From positions 224,001 through 288,000 of the forward strand of contig CBDDIJ010000002.1 of NCBI GenBank assembly GCA_965228855.1: 64,000 bases of DNA, in the 5' to 3' direction. Under the pieces are notes generated by a model. It had not been told where the DNA came from. It saw nothing but the letters and a program-made list of their open reading frames with translations, and ran no database searches. Origin of the DNA: Candidatus Obscuribacterales bacterium. Lineage in GTDB: Bacteria > Cyanobacteriota > Vampirovibrionia > Obscuribacterales > Obscuribacteraceae. Both the position numbers and the translations under genes were made by a program. Shown piece by piece: positions 48,399-59,192 of this stretch; within the stretch, counting starts at the first letter, position 1; each line of letters opens with the position of its first letter.

Positions 48399-49040
48399 TT
48401 ACTTCTTCTTGCCGGCGCCCGGGATTTCCATCGGGGCGTCCGTGCCGGTCTCGTAGGCCTTCTTGGCGTCGGAGGTCAGCACGATGATGTACATCTGGTC
48501 GAGCGCCGCCTGGCCGGTCTGGACGTTGGAGCCGATGCGGGCCTTGAGCGCCGAGGACGGGAAGAAGTTGCCGAGGAACATGGACTTCACGAGCCCTTCC
48601 TGGCGCCAGTAGTCGTAGACGCGCAGCATGTCGATCAGCTTCGTCTGCTTCTGCTTGTAGGCTTCGCGGCCGGCGCGGACGAAGTCGACGATGCGGTCAT
48701 AGAGGTCGAGCTGCCCCTTCAGGTCCGGGTAGGCCTCGGTGATTGCCGAGAACATCGAACCGCCGGTGCCGGGCTCCATCTTGCCCTCGTAGCGACCCTT
48801 GACCGCGTCCTCGATGATCTGATCGAGCTTGTCGGACTTCAGGTTGGCGACGCCGACCTGCTCGTAGAACGAGGACTTGAACGAGGAGAGCTCGTTCTGG
48901 TTGTCGAGGTACTGCGCGGAGAGGCTGGTCTCCATGCGGATGCCGTCGTTGCGCATGCCGTTGACGTAGCCGTAGAAGCTGACCGCGCCGATGACGAGGG
49001 CGGCGATCACGCCGAGGGTGATCATCAAACCTTTGCTCAT
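48399..49040 (-). CDS. LemA-like single-TM protein, paralog B
   Basis: Near-identical to 47058..47693; AGGAG SD. Confidence 0.7.
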   Translation of the reverse strand: MSKGLMITLGVIAALVIGAVSFYGYVNGMRNDGIRMETSLSAQYLDNQNELSSFKSSFYEQVGVANLKSDKLDQIIEDAVKGRYEGKMEPGTGGSMFSAITEAYPDLKGQLDLYDRIVDFVRAGREAYKQKQTKLIDMLRVYDYWRQEGLVKSMFLGNFFPSSALKARIGSNVQTGQAALDQMYIIVLTSDAKKAYETGTDAPMEIPGAGKKK

Positions 49041-49162
49041 GTGTATTCTCCTGATAGGAAGTTGACAGAGTTTGAGCGCCACCACCATTGGTGCCGCTCA
49101 GTTTGCTCGAGGTGTGCGGCAAAAGCGCTCGGTCGTCGAGTCGCTCCGTCGCACTGTTGCGT

Positions 49163-50542
49163 CTAGCGGCGAAAGCGCCGGAAGACGTCGTCGCCGGCGG
49201 CAATGCAGATGCCCCAGGCGACCGCGGCGAAGAACAGCATCGCGAAGAGGATGCCTATCATCTGGCCGGTGGTCGGCTCGATTTCGGTGAGCAGGTAAGC
49301 GAAACCGCCCTTGCCGTCATCGCCGCCCATGCGCACGCGCTCGAACTTGTTCTTGCCCCAGAGAATGTTCTCCAGGACGCCCGAGGAGAGCGACACGCTG
49401 ACCTTGTCTTGCGACAGAACCTTCGCCGTCGGATTGCCGAGCAGCGTCTGCGGATCCAGCGCGACACCCTTGAGGTCGTACTGGAGCTGGAGCAAGAGAT
49501 GCTCGTTGCCCATCGGCATGCCGGTCGTTCCGCGAGCCCAGTCGACGGTTTTGCCGTCCTTCGTGCCGAGCACGATGACGACGCCGTTCTTCGACAGAGC
49601 CTGCTTCTCGAACTTCTCGGACTGCCAGTACGCGGTGAGCGCGCCGGCGTAGTTGTCCGGGTTCGTGACCTTGTTGGCGTCGACGACGACCAGATGCAAG
49701 TCGCCCTGCAGCATGGTGCCGAAGGCAGCGTTGAACCGGTTGATCGCCCCTCGCCAGTCGCCTGCCGGCGGAGTGACGCCGACGAAGTAGGCGCGGTCCA
49801 GGTAGTAGAACCCGTAGACGTCGTTGTCGCGAGCGATTTCCGGGAACAGATTCGCCTTCGAGTACTGGTCCACTTCGCTGTTGAAGCGCTTGAGGATCGA
49901 GGACTGCGAGGCGAGGATGTAGTTGGCGTACGGCTTGCGAGCCGTCACCGGACCGGGGTTGCCCGAGTTGAGCCGGTCGCTGGCGCGCTGCCAGAAGTCG
50001 GGCACGCCGGAGGCGTAGTGCGACGGCACGCGAGTCCAGCGACGCCACCGGTGATTGTCCGGGTCGGTCGGCAGGTTGTGCCAGGCGATGGTGTAGTCAC
50101 CGAGGGTGGTGTGAACGACGAAGGTCCACTCGTAGTCCGTGTAGGGGCACGAGTGATATTCGGTGCGTTCGCACTCCTTCTCGACGCGCTTGCGACCGCC
50201 CTTGCCGTCATCGACGTAATAGGAGCAGTCGTACTTGACCTTGTAAGGGTCGCAGTCGTAGCAGCGCTTGCACCAGCCGTCGCGCTCGCACTTGATCTTC
50301 TCCCAGGTCACGCCGGTTTCCCAACCGGTCCAGTTCTCAGTGAAGGTCACCTGGTTGCTGATCGCCATCTGACGTCCGACATACGCCGTTCCCGGAATGA
50401 CGAGAACGAGCATGACGGCGCCGGCGATGAGAAATTCCTTGTTCGTGATTCGCTTCTCGGAGTTTGTCTTCTCCAAGTAAACCTTTGCCGCATAGCCCAC
50501 CGCGAGGGTGATTGCAGCTGCAAGAAGAACCAACAAAATCAT
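49163..50542 (-). CDS. membrane protein with Cys-rich insert and TPM-like domain
   Basis: Two N-terminal TMs, C..DGWC..CYDCDPY..., 'SKNGVVIVLG' TPM-like motif, C-terminal TM; GGAGG SD 9 nt before ATG 50542. Confidence 0.7.
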   Translation of the reverse strand: MILLVLLAAAITLAVGYAAKVYLEKTNSEKRITNKEFLIAGAVMLVLVIPGTAYVGRQMAISNQVTFTENWTGWETGVTWEKIKCERDGWCKRCYDCDPYKVKYDCSYYVDDGKGGRKRVEKECERTEYHSCPYTDYEWTFVVHTTLGDYTIAWHNLPTDPDNHRWRRWTRVPSHYASGVPDFWQRASDRLNSGNPGPVTARKPYANYILASQSSILKRFNSEVDQYSKANLFPEIARDNDVYGFYYLDRAYFVGVTPPAGDWRGAINRFNAAFGTMLQGDLHLVVVDANKVTNPDNYAGALTAYWQSEKFEKQALSKNGVVIVLGTKDGKTVDWARGTTGMPMGNEHLLLQLQYDLKGVALDPQTLLGNPTAKVLSQDKVSVSLSSGVLENILWGKNKFERVRMGGDDGKGGFAYLLTEIEPTTGQMIGILFAMLFFAAVAWGICIAAGDDVFRRFRR

Positions 50543-51422
50543 GCCGGTCATCCTCCTATTCGAAAAGAGGTTGAGGTTGACGACGCCTCGGCTAACGGCT
50601 GCCCGATGAAACGGAACCGCCAGTCGAGACGTCGGTGTTGCGAAGCCCTGAAGCGCCAGAGCCCAGAAATTCAAACTCTCGCTTGACCGCGCACCGCCCC
50701 CATCAGCAATTAAGCCTTGATGAGAGTCGGAAATCGTGCGCGAATGAGGGTTGGAGTTGGTTTACGTCTAGAGAGAGTTGTTGTCAAGCGATTCTTTATT
50801 AGTACCAGGTATAGATATTGTGAAGCACGCTTAATATTTTCGTTTAAAACCGTTTACAATTCTCTTGGCAACAAGCAAAAACCGCCACGACTGCCTCTTT
50901 TACTTCCGGATTGCCTGAGTCCGGTCGGCGATATCGCAGATGAATTCTGAACCGACCGATTAGCTGACCTGCGCGAGCCCGACCACCGTTTTGAAATCGT
51001 GCGCGACCTTATGCGGAAACAGCGTCGTGCCAATTGTCCCGCTTCGCCTCCGGTAAGAGGTCAAAAACGTAGAACTGACGACAAGGTAGACGGCCGTTGC
51101 TGAACAGTTAGCGCGAACCTGGCGCATCGCCCGAAACGCCGCGCTGAAGCCAATGTAACGAGAGTTAAACGAGCAACATCTCAAAACCATTACGAAAATA
51201 AACGTTCCTTGGAAAGAAAACTTCTGTAGGTTTCAAGTACATCTTCCTTCCAAAAACCAAACTAAATCCAGGCACAGAAACACAAGCCAATTAAACGCGA
51301 ATCTACTCCACTACAGCTTTCATCGCTGCATGAGTTGATCCGCGCCCTGGATTGAAGCACCACTGCTGGTGCCTCTCGTTTGGAAGATGGAGTTGAAACG
51401 TCCAACCAGAAGGAAATTGCAA

Positions 51423-51689
51423 ATGCAGCTTCCCGACGATGACCCGCTGCTGCTCGTGACCTGGCATCTCGGCAAAGGTTTTCAGCACATGCGGCATGAG
51501 CAGGAGAGCGGTTTCGACAGCCCCGAGATGGCCGCACTCGAGAAGTTCTGGACCGAAACCGCGAGCTCCGACCTGACTCGCGACAACGTCGCCAAACTGC
51601 TCGAGATGGCACGGGCGATTCCCGGCTTTCCCGCCAAACGGCTCGAATCTGCAGAGCAAATGCTCGCCCAGGTTCCCGCCGGCGTTTGA
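51423..51689 (+). CDS. hypothetical protein
   Basis: AAGGA SD, GC3 bias. Confidence 0.65.
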   Translation: MQLPDDDPLLLVTWHLGKGFQHMRHEQESGFDSPEMAALEKFWTETASSDLTRDNVAKLLEMARAIPGFPAKRLESAEQMLAQVPAGV

Positions 51690-51760
51690 CTGCGACTACC
51701 GAAAGCAAACGAACTGCAAGCGGTTTCAATCGCGAGCGTTCACAACCACAGGGTTACTCG

Positions 51761-52246
51761 ATGGACACCTCTGCTATCTCTCTGGACGGTCTGCAAGCGG
51801 CTGTCGCCACCGCGATTTCGGTCGGCAAGCTTGACCGTCAGGCTGCCACCAAGTCGCGCGCCTTCCACGAAGCTCGCCTGACCGCCCCGGACCGCCTGGA
51901 CGCCGCCGCGCAGAACCGCTTCCTGTCGGTCATCGGCGACGTCGCCAGCAAGGTTCAGATGGCGGTCGGCATCAGCATGACCTGGGACCAGGACATCGTC
52001 GTCCCGGTCATGGAGCTCTCGCTCCAGGAATACCCCGGTCCCAAGATGCGCTCGCCTTTCCAGCAGCCCGAAGACCAGCTCGAGGTCGCACGCCTCAACC
52101 ATGCGGCACCGGCAGTCTTCGCTTTCCTCGAGAAAGCTGGTCTGCAGCCACACCTGAAGTACGTCTACAACGGCGACATCCGTTGTTACTCGCTTCAGAT
52201 CGCCATCCGGGTTCACGCCGGAATCTGCCCCAGGCTCGACCAGTAG
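51761..52246 (+). CDS. hypothetical protein
   Basis: GC3-biased ORF. Confidence 0.65.
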   Translation: MDTSAISLDGLQAAVATAISVGKLDRQAATKSRAFHEARLTAPDRLDAAAQNRFLSVIGDVASKVQMAVGISMTWDQDIVVPVMELSLQEYPGPKMRSPFQQPEDQLEVARLNHAAPAVFAFLEKAGLQPHLKYVYNGDIRCYSLQIAIRVHAGICPRLDQ

Positions 52247-52417
52247 CACGGTCAAGCCGTTCGTGCGACTGCGTTAGCACTCGCCGAACCGGATTCGCGA
52301 GTTCACTCCGAATCCAAAATCGAGACGCACGAGCGCTCACGAATCGCGGTGGCTGAGTCTCTGCGGTTCGCGACGCTCGTGCTGGAATCACAATCAAGAA
52401 GAAGAAAGAGACGAATT

Positions 52418-52741
52418 ATGATGCTACGTTTTGATATCACCATCGCCTACAACGGTGCTCAGACCTCCGTGTTCGCATCGCGCCGCGCTGCAGTAGCCGT
52501 CAAGCTGCTGTCCAAGACGCCCGAACGCATCGCTGTTATCGCGACGCCGCAACCCGGATTCGACCCGTCGAAGGATTTCCTCGCGACGGAAACCATCGGC
52601 GCCGACGGTCAGACGACCCGGAAGGTCCTGCACGGCACTGTTCCGGACAAGGTCCTGAACAGTGGTCAGCTGAGCGCCGTCGGCGAATTGATCGCCAACT
52701 CGGTGAAGACCGTGTCGGGCAACGTCACCCACTTCATTTGA
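52418..52741 (+). CDS. hypothetical protein
   Basis: GC3-biased ORF, purine-rich leader. Confidence 0.65.
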   Translation: MMLRFDITIAYNGAQTSVFASRRAAVAVKLLSKTPERIAVIATPQPGFDPSKDFLATETIGADGQTTRKVLHGTVPDKVLNSGQLSAVGELIANSVKTVSGNVTHFI

Positions 52742-52852
52742 GCATCCCGATTGGTCCTCAGTGCCGCTAACGCCTGAGTATTAGTCCAGCGCTGGAGTAT
52801 CTCGAGTATGTGGCAGCTCGGCCATGACTCGCTTCGCCGCTTCACCTACGAG

Positions 52853-52892
52853 ATTCGCAAGGCACCTGCCCTTGCGAACCTCGTTTTTTTTT
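52853..52892 (+). terminator. intrinsic terminator
   Basis: TTCGCAAGG / CCTTGCGAA stem followed by a long T run. Confidence 0.7.
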
Positions 52893-52900
52893 GAATCCGC

Positions 52901-53087
52901 CTACTATATCCCGGCGTATCTACTGTCAAGAGGGCGCAACGTTTCGGGACTCAGCCAGCTTACTATATTCCGGCGTATTTACTTTCAAGCGGGTGCAGCG
53001 TTTCGGGACTTTCATATGAATAAGAAGCGCCTGTGTCTACGACTCATTGCCGGATTTTCGCAATTCCGTCTATGCCTCGTAGACACG
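52901..53087. promoter_or_regulatory. module with tandemly duplicated motif (59-bp repeat; 52901-52920 and 52960-52979, minus) and palindromic element 53032-53087
   Basis: Minus strand TTGA(C/A)AGTA(G/A)ATACGCCGG(G/A)ATATAGTA(G/A) twice; TGTCTACGA...TCGTAGACA element 72 bp from the second motif. Confidence 0.7.
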
Positions 53088-53496
53088 CGAGGACAACCAC
53101 CTACTAAAAAAACCACAGAGATGAAGCAGGGTGGCGCGAGCTGCGCAGTTCTGAAACAGTACACTTCGCTATTTCGTATAAACGCAGAAAGTGTCAAGGC
53201 CCCCTCTTGCTAGCCGCACCGCCCCGCATCTAGGGTCAAGGTAAATCGTTTCGTTCTTTACCTGTGGAAGTGCGCTGAACGGCTAGGAATCACGAGAGCC
53301 CATTCAACAGTCGATTCGCGAGTGCGAACCGGCGGATGCCGCTTACGCGAAGAGCCTTCTCGAAGAGCCTTTTCGAACAGATCAGCACACCCACTTAGCT
53401 GAACGCGCGGCCCATCGTCCGATCAGAAACGGTTTTGCCTACCCGAGAAGCAACCAATCATCGCGATTGGTTGCTTCGCTATGGAGTGTTTTTATA

Positions 53497-54105
53497 ATGA
53501 AAAATAGAATAAACAAACTGTCCGAAACTCAAAGTGCAATCATCGCTGCCCCGCCAGGACAGAAGGTTTCGACGTACGGTTGCATCACCGTGCGCGCCGT
53601 CGCCAACTCATATGTTCAAGCCGAAGCAGGTGCCACCATTATCGCCGAAGCGTGTTCATTCATCGAAGCGCGGCACGGCTCGCGGATTATGGCTAAAGAC
53701 GGCTGTGTGATCTTCAGTTACGGCGGTGCCAAAATCGATCGCGAAGCGAATGCTCGTGTACTTATCATCGACAAGAAAAACCTTGATGATGCGCCGCTCC
53801 AGCTGGCGATCGCAAAACGCGACGGTAAATTCACATCGCGAAAAGTGATACTCGCCCTCGAAGGAGTTCATGTAAAAACCGAGGACAACTGTTTCATACT
53901 CGCCTTCCCTGGCGCGATTGTTGAAACCGGAGACAATTGCAGAGTGGTGACGTTTGACTCGTGCGTGATAAAAACCGGCAACAACTGTTTTATCAATGCA
54001 GGCAAGCGTTGTCGAGTTTATCGCGGTCACAAGTGTCGCGTGCAAGTCGGACCGGGTTCGTTTGTGACCATGGAAAAAGTCTCGTCGATAAACGAACTTC
54101 TCTAA
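53497..54105 (+). CDS. hypothetical beta-solenoid-like protein with 8-residue Cys-containing repeats
   Basis: Repeats such as TEDNCFIL / TGDNCRVV / TFDSCVIK / TGNNCFIN; GGAG SD. Confidence 0.7.
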   Translation: MKNRINKLSETQSAIIAAPPGQKVSTYGCITVRAVANSYVQAEAGATIIAEACSFIEARHGSRIMAKDGCVIFSYGGAKIDREANARVLIIDKKNLDDAPLQLAIAKRDGKFTSRKVILALEGVHVKTEDNCFILAFPGAIVETGDNCRVVTFDSCVIKTGNNCFINAGKRCRVYRGHKCRVQVGPGSFVTMEKVSSINELL

Positions 54106-54111
54106 AACCTG

Positions 54112-54137
54112 ACTAGAGGCGACTTTTCGCCTCTAGC
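54112..54137. terminator. hairpin terminator candidate
   Basis: CTAGAGGCGA / TCGCCTCTAG stem right after the stop codon. Confidence 0.55.
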
Positions 54138-54357
54138 TCGTCTACAAACTTTTACTACCCCTTATAGAATAATCACCATCAGTGATACCACCACAAAGCA
54201 CCAGATTTAATACCAGCCACTAAAGCTTAAGATATTCAAAAATTTTCCAGTTTCCAAGCGGAAAAATCGCGATTTATCCTCGATCAATCGGGTACATAAC
54301 AAACAGCACTACGGCGCTCGTCGTCAATATATACGGAAAGTGCAAAGGAGATTTCCG

Positions 54358-54603
54358 ATGGCTGACCATCATTTGCTAATTGAACCGTTTCAAGCGAAAA
54401 GTGAGACTCACTGTCGGCTTTCACTCTCTGATGAAACCAATTGCATTTCACTCTGGGTAGACGAACAGCAACTCCGGAAAGTCTTATCGCATCTCCATTG
54501 CTCGGAGAATGTCATTCAGCGTTTTCTCTCAAGCCCGTTCATAGTTAAACAGCAAATACCCGCTCAGGCTGCCAGAGAAATCGGAATCGACCTGATCAAC
54601 TGA
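54358..54603 (+). CDS. hypothetical small protein
   Basis: AAGGAG SD; followed by GGACCGG/CCGGTCC-TTTT terminator. Confidence 0.6.
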   Translation: MADHHLLIEPFQAKSETHCRLSLSDETNCISLWVDEQQLRKVLSHLHCSENVIQRFLSSPFIVKQQIPAQAAREIGIDLIN

Positions 54604-55227
54604 GCCCCATCTGCATCAAATAGTTTCAGGGACCGGACGATTTTCGCCGGTCCTTTTCGTTGGCACAGTAAGATTTCGACTGCTTTGATGCGGACGTTTT
54701 GCCCTCTTTATCGACGGACCGGTTCTAGATCGTGCCCTGTCAATCCCACAGCGACGATTTTGGCGAATTCCGTCGCTCTCTCATTGACAGACCGATCCAA
54801 TTCCAGACCGTCTAAGAATCTCGCGTCGAGCCGTTTAGAACAAGCCCAGCCTCGAACCATCCTGCTCAGCTTCAAGCAAACGTTGTGATAGCTAGCGCGA
54901 GTTACCAAGAAGCGATTTCAAACTCAAACACCTGTACAGCTTTATCTTTTGGTTAAAGTTAACAGTTGTAAAGAGGACTCTGTTTACAACACTTCTTTTG
55001 TTGAGACGAAGTCTTTCTGATACCAAGAAGACATTCTCAACACAACTTCTTCTCTGAAAGGGTCCTTATCCACCAAAACACTTGATAAAACCCATTTCCG
55101 CGCGCAGACTTCTTCACTCACCAGTGAGGACGATGCACACCGCGCGCTACTCCACCCAGCGATGCATTTTGCATCTGAGACTTCCATTTGTCTCAAGACT
55201 GGCACTCACATTTACCTGGAGCAATTT

Positions 55228-55407
55228 ATGTTCAAAATCATCGTCATGTCCGCTGAGGGCTGCCCTTCGTTCCTGCTCGACTCGAGCCTCGACCGCTTCC
55301 AGATTGCACGGGAAGTGGCTCGACGGTTCGGCTACGCTACGATGGCGCCCTTCGCATCCAGCATCTGCGCCCTGCCGCACAGCTGGATGGCCGTGGACCC
55401 GGTTTGA
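55228..55407 (+). CDS. hypothetical small protein (59 aa)
   Basis: GGAG SD, GC3 bias. Confidence 0.55.
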   Translation: MFKIIVMSAEGCPSFLLDSSLDRFQIAREVARRFGYATMAPFASSICALPHSWMAVDPV

Positions 55408-55602
55408 CACTACAGGCGGTATCGACTGGGACATCCAGTTCCGGTCCGTAAACCGCAGTCGCCCTTACGCAGCGGCTCGAACCAGACGGAATGCCATCTC
55501 GGCGCCGTTCGGTTCCAGCAGCTGAGTATACCCGCTTGCCGGGATTTCAACGTTCCAAGTCCATCTGGAGCACCGATTAACACCGAACTTCGGACAACAC
55601 CC

Positions 55603-56103
55603 ATGAACACGATAATTCTCTGCCTGATGCTCGCAGCCTCGCTCGGCGTCGGCATTTACCTGGGAGCTCGTCTCGCACGCTCTCAATACGGCATTCCGAA
55701 AAGCATCGGTCTGGCTGTTCTTCTGTTCATCGGCACCTGCATCGCAGCGACTTCGTTGCAGGAGCATCCACTCGTGCTCGCCTGTGCGGTCACCTGTGTC
55801 GCTTCCGTCATCGCCGCCTGGATCGGCGCGAAAAGCATGCCGGACTACCTGCGCAGCGCTCACCTGAACCATCCCGATGTCTTCCCCGGCAGTCGACAAA
55901 ACTCGGGTTTCGGCAGCCCCGGGAGTTCCGACCTCTCGAAGGGCATTGCGGCAATCGCCCAGCCCATCGCTCGCGCCGCCGCGCGCAAGCCTGCGCTGCC
56001 ATCTCGCGTCACACCCACCGGCAAGACCATTCGCCTGGTTTCCACCACGGACGCGAAGGTCGGCGGCAAACGACGCAAAGGTCACCTCCGGGCTGCGAAC
56101 TAA
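55603..56103 (+). CDS. hypothetical membrane protein
   Basis: Three N-terminal TM segments, basic tail. Confidence 0.65.
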   Translation: MNTIILCLMLAASLGVGIYLGARLARSQYGIPKSIGLAVLLFIGTCIAATSLQEHPLVLACAVTCVASVIAAWIGAKSMPDYLRSAHLNHPDVFPGSRQNSGFGSPGSSDLSKGIAAIAQPIARAAARKPALPSRVTPTGKTIRLVSTTDAKVGGKRRKGHLRAAN

Positions 56104-56151
56104 TTCGCACCGCGGTTTTTGTTCAACAGACTCAACCTCATGGAGGTTTCA

Positions 56152-57348
56152 TTGAATCCAATCTTGCGAAGATATCTGGGCGGCGCAGCGTTTGTCGTCG
56201 CCGCTCTGGTCGCCGGCGGCATCTGGCTCGCCACCACCGACAGTACCGAACTCGGCATGACCGATTTCCCGATCGGCACGGACGTGCGCCTGGAAGTCGC
56301 GAAGGACGCCGAGATTCGCACCGTCGAACTCTACGCCGATCGCGTCACAGCCAAGCATTCCGTCGCCACCCTCAGCGACGGTAGCATCACGAACTACTGG
56401 TACCGCGCCGACGGCACGCTCGAGAAAGCGGTCACTGAAGGTCCGCCCGATGCCGCCGGCGTCCGCATGGTGAAGCGGCAAGCAGAGGTCGCGCCGGACG
56501 GTTTCACCTACCTGTACGACGTCGAGTATCTCGCCGACGGCAGCAAGTCGAAAGAGACGAAGTTCGAGCAAGGCAAGTTGCTGCGCTCGTACTTCCACGC
56601 CAATGGCATCGCCCGGCGCGTGCAGGTGATCGTCGCCGAGAAGAAGGGCTGGCGGCTGACTCAGGAGGACTTGTATCGTCCGGACACGTCGCTTGTGGAA
56701 AGCGTGCGATACGGCGACAACGACTCCTGGGAACGCAAGTTCTTCAACGAGCAGAACGTGCTCCTGAGTTCGAAGGCGATGGGTGCCTACGGCACGCGGT
56801 ACACCGAGGTGGAGTACTATCCGGACGGCGTCACCAGACAGCGCATGGTGGAGCAGAACGGGCAGGGCACCAAGCTCACGACCTACCGAACCAACGGCGC
56901 GAGGGACCAGGAGCGCGTCTTTAGCGGTCCGGTCACAGGCTCGAACCTGGTCGTCACGGCTTACGACTCGCACGACCGCTTGAGCTTCCAGCAGTGGTGG
57001 TCGTTCGGCGAGAGCGGCTATTACATGTGGCAGCTCAAAACCTTCCGCGAGAACGGCTCGATGGCGAAGTCCGTCTACTTCGAGAAAAACAGCAAGGGCG
57101 CCACAGAGGTCGTCTTCAAGGGCGACGGTGCCTACCACAGCGACTTCACTCGCCGAAAGTTCCGGAACGAGGACGGCAAGCTCGAACTCGAAGAAGACGA
57201 GGTCAAGAACAAGGTGGTGGCCACTCGGCATTTCTCGCCCGAGCGCAACATCAAGCTTCAGCTGCCGAAAGAACAGCTGGAGCTCAAGGACGTGTCGCCC
57301 CTGCCGCGGCAAGTCATCGAATACGCGCCCGCACCGATGGGCCGATAA
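56152..57348 (+). CDS. membrane-anchored MORN-variant/YwqK-like beta-repeat protein, paralog 1
   Basis: N-terminal TM; repeated Y(R/Y)xDG(T/V) hairpins; GGAGG SD before TTG 56152. Confidence 0.7.
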   Translation: MNPILRRYLGGAAFVVAALVAGGIWLATTDSTELGMTDFPIGTDVRLEVAKDAEIRTVELYADRVTAKHSVATLSDGSITNYWYRADGTLEKAVTEGPPDAAGVRMVKRQAEVAPDGFTYLYDVEYLADGSKSKETKFEQGKLLRSYFHANGIARRVQVIVAEKKGWRLTQEDLYRPDTSLVESVRYGDNDSWERKFFNEQNVLLSSKAMGAYGTRYTEVEYYPDGVTRQRMVEQNGQGTKLTTYRTNGARDQERVFSGPVTGSNLVVTAYDSHDRLSFQQWWSFGESGYYMWQLKTFRENGSMAKSVYFEKNSKGATEVVFKGDGAYHSDFTRRKFRNEDGKLELEEDEVKNKVVATRHFSPERNIKLQLPKEQLELKDVSPLPRQVIEYAPAPMGR

Positions 57349-57444
57349 CCGGGATCGACAGTGACGCACAGCCCGCCTGACAAACAGACGAAGCTGCGCG
57401 TCACGTCTCCTCTAACGCAACCTCTGGAATCGAAGGAGGACTCG

Positions 57445-58632
57445 ATGAACAATCGTCTTCTCTCCGTACTGGGCATTGCGGCTCTGTCGATAGCGGCAGC
57501 CGCCGTGTCCATCTATGCCACCAGCAGCAATACCGCACTGGAGAACGGAGCCTTCCCGGCCACCACTCCCGTGCGCGCAGAACTGCATCTGAGCGAAACG
57601 ATTCGTTCGGTGGAATTCTATCCGGACGGTATCACTCCCCGACAGGGTGTCGCGGAGAACAACGACGGCTCGAAGACGACCTTCAGCTACCGGGCTGACG
57701 GCACGCTCGAAAAGGTCGTCACCATGGGCGTCGCCGACGCCAACGGTATCCGCGCCACACTGCGCTACGCCGAAATCGCAGCGGACGGTCAGACCTACGC
57801 GTACGACGTCGAATGGACTTCAGACGGCAGCAAGCGCAAGGAGACCCGGCTCGTCAACGATGCGACCACCGAGCGCAGCTACTTCTACGCCGACGGCAAT
57901 GTTCGTAAGTCGCAGGTGATCGCGCTCGACAGCAAAGGCTGGAAGCTCGTCACCGAGGACGTCTATCGCGAAGACCGTACGCTCGCCCACACGCTCCGGT
58001 CCGGCAAATACGACGCCTTCGAGTCGACCGACTATGCGGCCGACGGTGTCCGTGCTGTTTTCGTGAAGAAGTTCACTCCCGGTCAGTACGTCGAGCTCAC
58101 TTTCGCCGACGACGGGGTGACCAGGCTCCGTGAAGTGATGCAGCGGTCGGACGGAACGACCATCACCGTTCGTCGACTGGACGGCACCACGGCGGAGAAG
58201 CGCCAATGGACGAGTGCTGTCAATCAGGGCTCGATGGTGGTCGAAGTCATGAACGACGCCGGCAAGCTCACCTACGACAACTGGTGGACCTGGAAGGACA
58301 ACAAATACACCCTCTGGTCTTACCGCGAATACCGCGCCGACGGCACGAACTCGCGGCAAATCATCTTCGCGAGCGACGGCAAAACCGTTGAGACTGAGCT
58401 CGTCTACGACGGCGACGGACGCTTCGGTACCGACAACTTCCTGCGCCGCAAGTACCGTCCCGACGGCACACTTGCGACCGAGGAGGTGGTCGTGAAATAC
58501 AAGACCGTCAGCACCGTCGAATTTACGGTCGCTGACGACAAGCGAATCGCCCTCGACGCGAGTCGTCTCGTCGACAGCGAATACACGGCACCGCCCACGG
58601 TGGTACCGTACACGCCGCCGAGCGGGCCCTGA
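57445..58632 (+). CDS. membrane-anchored MORN-variant/YwqK-like beta-repeat protein, paralog 2
   Basis: Same architecture (VEFYPDG, YRADGTLEK, KGWKL); AAGGAGG SD. Confidence 0.7.
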   Translation: MNNRLLSVLGIAALSIAAAAVSIYATSSNTALENGAFPATTPVRAELHLSETIRSVEFYPDGITPRQGVAENNDGSKTTFSYRADGTLEKVVTMGVADANGIRATLRYAEIAADGQTYAYDVEWTSDGSKRKETRLVNDATTERSYFYADGNVRKSQVIALDSKGWKLVTEDVYREDRTLAHTLRSGKYDAFESTDYAADGVRAVFVKKFTPGQYVELTFADDGVTRLREVMQRSDGTTITVRRLDGTTAEKRQWTSAVNQGSMVVEVMNDAGKLTYDNWWTWKDNKYTLWSYREYRADGTNSRQIIFASDGKTVETELVYDGDGRFGTDNFLRRKYRPDGTLATEEVVVKYKTVSTVEFTVADDKRIALDASRLVDSEYTAPPTVVPYTPPSGP

Positions 58633-58727
58633 GAGACCTGCTCACCTAGCTCCTCCCCCGGCTCCGGTGTGTTTCTAGAAAACAGCGACCGCCGGAGCCA
58701 CATTCACGTAAGACGAAAGGAAATTCG

Positions 58728-59192
58728 ATGTACACATTTCTCGCCGTTATCGCCGTGACGCTCGTCCTCCAGATTGCCGAGGTCTTCTTCGGTGCACCGC
58801 CCATGGTGCAGAAGGCTTTCAACCGAGCGGACCGCATTCGCCAATATGGACGGGGGCGCGCCTATTTCTCGCTCCTGGTCCTCTATCCGCTGGCTCTCAC
58901 CGCCGCCTTCTACGCACTCGGAACCCTCGCCGGTGTCGTGGTCGGCTACGCAGATGCCTGGGCGGATGTGGGCACATTCTTCATGCTCATCATCTTCCTC
59001 GGCATCATGGGCTGCTTCTTCGCCTTCCTGCGAGACCTCGGCTCGCTCGTCGCGAGCAAGATCACCGGCAAGGAACGCGCCAGCACCGACGATGTGCGGC
59101 TGCTGACGACCGTCGTCTTCACGAGCGGCATGTACGGTTCTCTCGTCGCCGTCGCGCTGAAGACCGCCGGCATCGTCACCTTCGGTCACTGA
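58728..59192 (+). CDS. hypothetical four-TM membrane protein
   Basis: Hydrophobic ORF; AAGGA SD. Confidence 0.7.
   Translation: MYTFLAVIAVTLVLQIAEVFFGAPPMVQKAFNRADRIRQYGRGRAYFSLLVLYPLALTAAFYALGTLAGVVVGYADAWADVGTFFMLIIFLGIMGCFFAFLRDLGSLVASKITGKERASTDDVRLLTTVVFTSGMYGSLVAVALKTAGIVTFGH

Noticed and set aside
43295..52741. Prophage
   Set aside because: No capsid, terminase, tail, integrase or replication genes recognised.
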